A stretch of 64,000 nucleotides of DNA. It comes from Chrysemys picta bellii (Eukaryota). The notes under the pieces were generated by a model. It had not been told where the DNA came from, did no database searches, and worked only from the letters and a program-made list of their open reading frames with translations. A program made the translations under genes and the position numbers. Location: NCBI RefSeq assembly GCF_011386835.1, contig NC_088795.1, positions 46,066,001 to 46,130,000 on the forward strand. The letters run 5' to 3'. Positions 54,992-64,000 of this stretch are shown one piece after another (position 1 is the first letter of the stretch; each line of letters opens with the position of its first letter).

Positions 54992-55913
54992 TATAATATT
55001 GTGAGCAAGTGATAAGCTTCATCCAGTGACTAAAACATTTGTGATATTAAAATACTGAATGTTTATAATTTTAGAAAATGCAAATTTTCAAAAGCAAATA
55101 CAGGTAAGATTAATTTTTAAATTAAAGATGGGAGTACGGGACTAAAATGCATACAAATAACCTGATACACATCTTGTTCTTTACTTTTGTTAACTAGGAT
55201 ATCTTACAAAAGAAAGTTGTTTAAAATTAGCTAAGAATTGACAAAATCTAGACAGATGGCCACATTCTGAACTCGTTTGTTTCTGTACATTACTGTGTTT
55301 ATGCCATGTTCCTCTTGCAGCTATAAATGGGGGAAATCTGTGGCAAGGGACAGGCTTGAGTGCCTGGAAGAGCAAAGACAAAAATTTGATGGGTGTCTTA
55401 AATTAACTGGTTTCTAGACTACAAACTATAACCTGCCAAAGTAATTATTTCTAGACAGCTCAATACTAGGAATTACAGATCTAATGGAAAATAGACATCC
55501 CATGGCATCAGATGGTTGCACTAGTAAGATTTTACTCTCAAAAAATATTTACTGTACCTTGTGTTAAGCAAACTTGTTTTAACATAACTTCTCTTTGTAG
55601 AGGCAGAAATACTGGGATAAGTAGTGATGGTAGTGACTCTTAACAAGAGCCAATAACTATACTCAATTCATAACAGTGAAGAACGTTGCCAAATGAATAT
55701 CAGAGTGAGTGCCAAGGAGAAGTATTTGCTATTTTTCTTAGGTTAGAAACAGATTTATAATAAGGATGTTTGTATGCCAGTCTTTTATGTCTGAGGACTG
55801 GCTGAGGTAACCTGTTGTTTGTTTGGTATGTGCAGATAATTAAATTGGGCTTGGATGCTTAAATATGTTTAGCCTGTTTGTAGAAGTCAGGTTTTCAATT
55901 TGCATGATTAAGT

Positions 55914-56093
55914 GGGGGGAGGGATAGCTCAGTGGTTTGGGCATTGGCCTGCTAAATTGTTAGTTCAATCCTTGAGGGGGGCCATTTAGGGAACTGGGGT
56001 AAAAATCTGGGGATTGGTCCTGCTTTGAGGAAGGGGTTGGACTAAGTGACCTCCTGAGGTCCCTTCCAACCCTGATATTCAACGATTCTATGA
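55914..56093 (+). mobile_element. tRNA-derived SINE with a CR1-type 3' tail (tortoise Pol III/SINE-like)
   Basis: A-box-like GGATAGCTCAGTGG and B-box-like GTTCAATCC, then a CR1-like tail GGTCCCTTCCAACCCTGATATTC...ATTCTATGA. Confidence 0.85.
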
Positions 56094-56463
56094 AGTGTTA
56101 GTAACAAATTATGAATATGTAATTCTAATATAACAATTAAATGAGAACAAAAAAATACTGTATGCCTATATTGCAAGTGAAGGTGTGATGGTAGCACCGG
56201 CAGGCATACCCATGCTAGCTTCAAGCTACCTAGTATGGATAACAATAATATTGAAGAGTTAGCCTGAGCTGAAGCCCATGCTGCCATCTGTCCAAGTACA
56301 TGCCCACTGGGGACCCTGGGTACATACTTAAGTTGCTAGCCCATGCTGAAATCTGTGCCCCCACATCTTCATTGTTATTTGTGCTAGCTAGACTAAAGGT
56401 AGCATGTAGATAGGCATATCCATGCCAAAGTCCCATTTTCATTTACTGTGCAGACATACTGAG

Positions 56464-57040
56464 CAGCAATGGGCAAACGTTTTGGCCCGAGGGCCACATG
56501 GGGGTTGCAAAACTGTATGGAGGGCCAGGTAGGGAAGGCTGTGCCTCCCCAAACAGCCTGACCCCCGCTCCTCCCACTTCAAAACCCCCGACCCATCCAA
56601 CCCCCCCTGCTCCTTGTCCCTTGATCTTCCCCTCCTGGAACCCCCTGACCCTAAGCGCGACCCCAACCACTGTCTCTCTGTCCCGTGACTGCCCCGACCC
56701 CTATCCACACCCCTGCCCCCGGACAGGCCCCCCGGGACTCCCATGCTTATCCTACACCCCCCCCGTTCCCGTCCCCTGACTGCCCCCCCAGAACCTCCGC
56801 CCCATCCAACCCCCCCCCACTCCCGTCCCCTGACTGCCCCCCAGGACCTCCTGCCCCTTATCCAACCCCCTGGCCCTCTTACTATGCTGCTCAGAGCAGC
56901 ATGTCTGGCAGTCGCGCCGCTCGGCTGGAGCCAGACACACTGCTGCGCTGCCCTGCAGGAGCGCAGCCCTGCTGCCCAGAGTACTGCCCATGCGGCAGCG
57001 TGCCTGTGGGGGAGGGAGGCTAGATACAGCTTGCCCTGAA
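56464..57040. mobile_element. hAT-type MITE fragment, C-rich interior related to 1..612
   Basis: CAGCAATGGGCAAACGTTTTGGCCCGAGGGCCAC start, similar to 48367. Right end unclear. Confidence 0.6.
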
Positions 57041-57070
57041 CCATAACAATTACTTTATTTTAGAAGTATG

Positions 57071-57872
57071 TGTGACAGACTGAATTTCCTGCAATATCCT
57101 AAATGAAATTTATTGAATTAAGTTAAACCTTATTGAATTAATTTTACCATCTTTAGAGTTCATTGTATTAAAAATGCAACGTGTGTATGTGTTGTGGAAT
57201 TGTATGTATTTTTGTAAGAAGGGTAAATAGGAGAACAGAAAGTTGACTAGGCAAATTCACTCAGATTGTAACATCTCCAGAGAAGCCACTCACTTGGAAA
57301 GGTATGCATATGCTAGTACAAACTGATTCACCAAGGATCAGTAGACAAAGGATTTTTGGATTAAAAAGCCATTTTAAACTGGCTCATGGTCTCCTGTCTG
57401 ATCCAGCAGAAACCCTGCTCCATGGAGGATCCCAATCCTGAGGGTAGAGTTGGAAGGATGGAGGCTGCCAGAATGCATTTTAAGGTTGAGGTTAATTCTG
57501 GCAAGCTTATTAGCATGTGTGTGGATTTTTATTGTTTTGTTTTTAGTATGTTTTTTCTGTAATGCTCTTTTACCTTAAGAGTAAAGTAAGCTTGTGTAGG
57601 AAGTGCTGCATGGTAACTTACAATTGTTGACAATCACTCTGTTATCAGTCTCTGAAGACAAAGCAAGCAGGTGCCCTTTGCAATCTGTCTGTGCTGGGAA
57701 ATACACAGTGAAGGCAGAAAACTGTGCAGCCTGGAAATACCCCTGTCAGAAAAGAGAGGGACATGTGACTCCACCCAAGAGAGGCAACAGCTGGGTAGCT
57801 GGAAGCCAAAAGTGGGTGTCCTTGCTGAACCACTGAGGGGAAATACAGTTGCAGTTGTCCTGAGCTGTGATA
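57071..57872 (+). mobile_element. Solo LTR, about 0.8 kb, with 5-bp TSD GTATG
   Basis: gtatg|TGTGACAG...CTGTGATA|gtatg, TSD at 57066-57070 and 57873-57877. Confidence 0.82.
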
Positions 57873-60858
57873 GTATGGAATACATTGTTACTATATGCAA
57901 AGTTTGCTGATTTTTTTTATTAATCTTTTCATTTTTTTGTAAACTTTTCCTTACGATTAAATAGGTTGGGATCTTGCTTCCTTGGAAGTGATTTATGGAA
58001 CTTTCCCTCTCTAGTGATCAAAGATTAACTGGTTATTAAAGTTATAATCCTGCAAGCTGGACTGGATGGGTGGACAGTTCATAGCCATGGGAACTATGGG
58101 TCTGGCAGGTGCTCTTGCACCCCCAGCTTTCACTGTGAAAAGTTTGCTGGTGGTGTAAGCTAATAGTATTTCATTATTCTTGAGAATCCCAAAGCTATGC
58201 TGCACACATGTGGTGTGAGCAGGAATTGTGCTTTTTTCACCTTACTTTTGAACATACATGGTTTACAGTTTCATTAGCTGGCTTTCAACATCCCCCCCCC
58301 CCCATAAAAAGTGTTCTAGTGTCACGGAGACAGTTATGTCTCTGTATAGTGAAATCAGTGGGGCTCCACACAGGTGCAGGGAATCCATCAGCACAGATCA
58401 AATTGTAGACTGGAGCCATCAGGTGTAAATTTATCATGGGGAATAAAGGCATCTGACTTTCATGTTTGTTTAAATTACTAATTAAATCCATTGAGAATTT
58501 TAAAAAAAAAAAAGCTGTGGGACAGCAGTTGATGTTCAGAATTACCTGCAATGCAAGCAGCTAGTGCACATTTCTATTTTTTGCAGTAAAATATCAAAAA
58601 TGGAAACGTTATATAAAAAAAATCTAACATATTTTGTATTCCTTAGTCTTTTGCAATTTCCTAAAAGTTGCTGTGATAAAACAGATATAATCATTCTGTA
58701 AGATACAAGTTTTGTAGATTTTTTTCTCTGTACAATCAAATCAAGATTTGGATATGTAACTAAAAACAGCCACTTCCATTCTTTAATAAAAGGAAAATTG
58801 TACTGTGTTTTACATTAATCTTACAGAATCAGTATTTAAACCACAGAGGAGTGGTGACTTCTTGAATTAATGAGATCTTACTGTTATTCCACTGAAATGG
58901 TTTATTGCCCTCATAGCCTATCATCATTTTGAAAGATTAGTGTATAAAGTTAAAATTGTGTTGGTCTATTAAACTACGTTGACTTAATACCATGGCATTA
59001 CAATCACTTTAATGGCCTTTGTCCACCCACTAAATTCAGCACTTCTTTTGGGTTTTCTTTTTTAAAACAGATTAAATTATTTACAGTTAGTACAAACTGA
59101 TCGTGGCAGGGCTCTATTTTATTTTAAATTTTGCAGGTTCTGTCAGCTTGAACTGGAAAGGAGGTTTACATATTCTCTAGCTATGTAATCACATGCATTA
59201 GTGATTGTCAGAAATATGAATAAAATGCCACTATCATGTAATATTGCCATGACCCACTATAATGGTGGTCTGAGATCTTTGTATAATGTGCTCTGTTCTC
59301 ACTTCCCACTGGTACACACCAAATTTAGAAAAATAACTTAGATTCTAAAATAAAAATGTATAATGAAATAACTTACTTTAATATATTATTTAGATTGCAG
59401 TAGTGCACATACTGTTGATTGCTTTCATTAAGGAAGTGTAGACAGCATATAATCTAAAAAATAACACTCAATTATATTCTCTTAAGCATTTTCCTACTTC
59501 CTTTCTGGTTCTATTCAGGTTCTTATACCATGTTGTTCCTTAACAGTCTACGGCTTTACTTCCTTATCTCCACATAGCCCTTGTGGGAGGGGAGGAGGAA
59601 ACTGAGCTAGAGCTAACTCCCTGCTTCACAGTTAATAGACAGGGCCTCTGCACCTCACATTTCCCTGAAACTGTTAATCAGCTACAGCACCCAGTCTACT
59701 CCAGTTTTGAGATGCTTCGGACTCCTACATCCCAGATTAGATTGCGCCCCCCCCCCCCATAGGTGCTGTCTGTAATTAATTTTCTCTGGTCCAATCTTGT
59801 GATTCAGTACAAGTTGCAAGAAGCTACCACTGTGGTAAGTCTGATGTTTCCTCATCAGTGATGTGTCCAGTTGAGCTGTTTCAGTAGTAAAGCCAGATGT
59901 AGCAAGAAAAATAAGGAAATCTGATACAGAACTAGGGTTGAAAGCAAGGAAGGAGGTGGAGAAGATCAACCACGAGGAGGAGATTTGGAAGCTATTGTTG
60001 CCATGGTCCTATGCTGAAATAGAGAGAGTAGCTAGTCTACTGCCCCTTTCTTAGTGTAAATTGTCTGTCCACCCATATTTCCCTACTTCAAGAAGACTTG
60101 TCATTACAATATGCCAACAAGTATGTCTGCCTTGTGGGTGGCTAGTTACTAGAGGAGAGAAATGAGTGATGAAAAATTACCAACCTAGTAACTGACTGGT
60201 AGCATTTAATGAAAAACTAAGATCTACACTTTCCTGCCAGCTTTTAAAATGTACTCTTACATATGCATTATGAAGGCAAGGAAAATAAATGGGGAATTAG
60301 GTATTCCAAGCATAAGGGGCTCAGAGTATGACAATTACTGCCTCTAAGGTACATGCAGTTCCAGTGGTGGGGCATCTGTTAGAGACTATTCCAAAGTGAG
60401 GGAAACTATTATTGATAAATCTTTGTCATCTACTCTTCCCTACTACCTTCTTGAGTTTACCTTTTAGTAATAACTTTATTATTGGGGGAAAATTTCTTAG
60501 TAAGTTTAATACCAAGGGAAAAAGGTGGGAAAACCCTTATTAAGTAGGTATCAAGCATCATGGTAAATGGAAACATTTATATTAACTTATTTATATTACT
60601 GTAGAGCTCCCATCTGAGACTGGATCCTCTTTTGTTAGGTAACATAAGAGGCAGGTCTTTTCTTTAAAAGCTGACAGTCTAAATAGACCTGGCAAAGCCT
60701 AGAAGGAAGTATTATTATAAAGATAGGAAACTAAGGTACAAAGTAATTAAATGACAGGAAGTCTGTGGAAGAACTGGAAAATAAATCCAGATCTCTGAAA
60801 TGTCAATCCAGTACCTTAACCATAATATCCATTATCTTCTAACAGCATGATGTAAGGC

Positions 60859-61565
60859 CAGGGCTTCTTAACCTTTATCCTTCTGAGGCCCAACTAGTAT
60901 GCTATAAAAATTCCATGGCCCACCCATGCCACAGCTGTTTTTCAGTAGCTTAAAAGCCAGGTCTGATGGAGTAGTAAGCAGAGCAATTACTCAGAGCCAG
61001 CAGTAGTGGAGCCCCTTATGCCTGAGGCCCCAGGCAAACCAGAGCGGGCTGAGAGCAGTGTCCCCGCCCTGCAGGCCTTCTGCCCAGGCCAGGTGGAGGG
61101 TGTGTGGCTCCCCACAGCTCTCTGCGTGGCCCTCTCCAACCCCGCTATGGCTGGAGGACAGGGCTTTGGAGCCACACCCTGGCCATGGTAAGAGCTGGGG
61201 AGCTGCAACACAAACCCTCCACCTGCCCTGGGCCGGGGGGCCAGGGGCTGCTGTCAGCCCCACCCTGTGGAGGTGGAGGGTCCGCAGCACAGCATCACAT
61301 GCTGCCCAGGCTCCCCAGCCAGGCTCCAGCTGCCAGCCTGGGTGGGCGTGACAGAGAGGCCCGTGGCCCATCCCATTCTGGTGCCCTTGGCCAAGGCCTC
61401 ACGCCCCATCAGGCCCATGAAGCTAAGCTACTCGGGCTTCAGCTTCAGCCCCGAGCAGCAGGGCTCAGGATTCGGCTTTCTGCTCTGGCCCCCCAGTGGG
61501 TCTAATTCTGGCCCTGCTCTCTGGTTTATTTTGGCGGCCCCCCGAAACCTGCTTGAGAACCACTG
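60859..61565. mobile_element. hAT-type MITE
   Basis: CAGGGCTTCTTAACC...TGAGAACCACTG termini. TSD degenerate. Confidence 0.7.
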
Positions 61566-62434
61566 TTCTAAGGGACAGTAAATAACTGACTACGAGTAAT
61601 CTTTCTTTATTTTTTCCATGAATAAGTCTCTCACTTTGTTAAATTCAATAGTAGTAAAAAAGTTATGTAAAGATAGTTATGAAATAAAGTTAGCTTAAGT
61701 TTGGTTAAGAGACTAATATCTGTTTTATGGTTTGGGGTTAGTATGGAAAAGGTGCTAATCAGCAAGTAAAAGAAGACCATCAGAATAATAGGTAATATTT
61801 ACAGTGTGGGAAAGATGTACAGTTCAAAAAGTACTTGATAAAATGAAAAGCTAGAATAGTAAGACAAAGGAAAACTGTCTTTTAAGATACAAGCATACAT
61901 AAACTTTGACTGTTCTCCTGGTAAGCAAGGAGGGGGGGAGGAGGTAAGAAAGGAAGGCCTTGGAGGAAGGAAAGTGTCAAGGATATCTGCTTCAAACCTG
62001 GATTTCTGCTAAAATCAGAAAGTTAGCTGAAGTGTATAAAGAGAGCCAGGAATCAAAAGGTTGTCAGATGTTACCTGATCGTGTTGGAACATGCCATGAT
62101 GAGAGGGTTTTCCCTAGGTCTGGCCTATTTGTAAGTATACTGATCACATGCTTATGAATACTTTGTCAACAAACTCAAACTCTAGCAAAGCAATGCAAGA
62201 AACTTCACAGTCCAAGAACCACTTGTTGAAAACATCCTGCCTAAAAAAGAGTCTGCATCAATGGGAGCAAAGAACAGCAAAGAAGCCTGGAGAAAACAGG
62301 AACTACCCCTCATCAGTGGTGAGATAAAACGGTAGGAACAATGGTTCCTGCAGGATCTGGGACTGATCCATGTATTGTAGTATATGAAAGTGCATTTTGA
62401 ATTCAGAAGCCTGTAACAATTGGATCAGTTAGAT

Positions 62435-63002
62435 CGGGGTGGCCAAACTAGGGCCCTGGAGCCCCTGCCGGGGAGCGGGGTCCAGGGTTTGCCCTGCTCC
62501 ACATATCCCCCCATCCAACTCCTACACATAGGGTCAGTCAGGGGTCATTGCACACTGCCCCCACCCCAAGCACGGCCCCCACAACTCCCATTGGCCAGGA
62601 ACCACAGCCAATGGGAGCTGCAGTGGCAGCACCTGGAGATGAAGCAATGCACAGAGCCACCTGGCAATGAGGTATGCACTGCCTGGGGCCTGCATCCCTG
62701 TCCCACTCCCGGGCCCCAACCCCCTGCCCCAGTCCTCCAAACTGTGGTCCCAGCCTGGAGCACCTTCCTGCACCCCCAACCCCCAGTCCCACCCCAGACC
62801 CCTCACCTCAACTGCCTGCCCCAGCTCAGAGCCCCTCTTACACCCTGAACTCATTTCATGCCCCACCCCAGAGCCCACTCCCCAAGCTGGAACCCTCACC
62901 CCCTCCCACACTCCAACCCCCAATTTCATTAGCATTCATGGCCTGCCATACAATTTCCATACCCAGATGTGGCTCTCAGGCCAAAAAGTTTGCCCACCCC
63001 TG
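62435..63002. mobile_element. hAT (Charlie-like) MITE with perfect TSD AGTTAGAT
   Basis: TSD at 62427-62434 and 63003-63010. Termini CGGGGTGGCCAAAC and GTTTGCCCACCCCTG. Confidence 0.88.
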
Positions 63003-64000
63003 AGTTAGATTAACCTTTGCAGAAATTGCAAACTTTAGTAATTAGATTTCTTAACTGGAGGCCAAGGCTAAAATATATATTTATGGGCTTCCAGCAGAAC
63101 ATCAATTCCAAACAACAACCTATATCAATGTACTTGGATACATTGATAAAGTGATTAAAAATATCCTTTCACATTAATCTTGTCTAAATACCAGAATTGC
63201 CTACAGCTGATGTGGAAATTGGTGTGATTTTTATATTCACTTAAAACAGTGTAAAGTGGACGGTTTTTTCAGCACTCAAACCGACATCTGTATAGTGTTA
63301 TGCACTCCCGGTTCATACTATCAAACAATGGAAAATATAGTTCAAGCTGCTGAAGCTACCATCCAAGATTACAGAGAAATATGACAATTTAGTTGGTCGG
63401 AGACAAATTAAAAAATGGGAATTTCTCACTGCAATCATCTTAAGTGTCGGACAGGGATCTTAGGCATCTTTTTTTAAACCTGGGTGCAAAAGTCATACCT
63501 AACAGTCTTAACAATTGTGGAAATTTAAAAATGCTCCTGAAACTACTGTTTGTCACCACTTGGTCACTGACAGGAAAAGATACAAAAAAAATACTGATAG
63601 CACTAATCTTATAAAAGCAATTGAAGGAGATTTTAGAGGGACTGCATGGCTTAATAGCTTGATGGGGGTACTATTGCAATATTACTTAAATTAGGGCATA
63701 ACCTAAACTAGCACCACAGAAGGACAAAGTGAAAAATTAACAGAAAGGTACAGAATATTTCCATTATATAGCTGTTGTAGCTGATACTAAATACACAGGT
63801 CATATGATGGGGCTCAGAGATAAAATGATACAATGTAATCTTGCTTGCCTTCCTTATTTTCTACCTACCATATAACACAAGATGCAGATTTCTAATATCA
63901 AGCTGTTTGCAAAGAAGCCCGGTAACAGTCTTGCATCAAAATGGGGGAAAGCTCTGAAAGTGAAAATAGGAAAGCTGAAATCAGAATTGGATTCATTTTT

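Noticed and set aside
55914-55990. tRNA-like sequence
   Set aside because: The anticodon/variable region is partly deleted, there is no complete cloverleaf, and it is fused to a CR1-type tail, so it is a SINE rather than a tRNA gene.
63030-63720. Possible old CR1/L2 reverse-transcriptase fragment
   Set aside because: The similarity is too decayed to support by eye. It needs a translated search against LINE RT profiles.

Overview
Vertebrate genomic DNA, most likely a turtle (inferred from a tortoise-type Pol III/SINE and a reptile-like repeat set). Two genes sit head-to-head on one CpG-island promoter at about 11.0-12.7 kb. MFSD8/CLN7 is on the minus strand; its first six coding exons lie at 11836 down to 1334 and the rest is left of the window. 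ABHD18 (C4orf29) is on the plus strand and complete: a probable non-coding exon 1 ending at 12338, then 12 coding exons from 21054 to 52781 totalling 1395 nt (464 aa plus stop), with consistent splice phases throughout. The introns and flanks hold hAT, Harbinger and Tc1/mariner-type MITEs (many with readable TSDs), solo LTRs, two decayed DIRS retrotransposons and several Penelope-like (PLE) remnants with decayed hammerhead ribozyme motifs. The most notable observations are a minor-spliceosome AT-AC intron before a 28-nt microexon that is bracketed by self-complementary PLE/hammerhead inserts and a perfect 32-bp hairpin; a TAATG stop-start uORF at the ABHD18 start; interlocking inverted duplications meeting at one 8-bp core in MFSD8 intron 1; and a 66-bp tandem array enclosed by 41-bp inverted repeats beside MFSD8 exon 1. 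I found no convincing wholly new protein-coding system. All family assignments and alignments were made by eye or from memory, not by database search.
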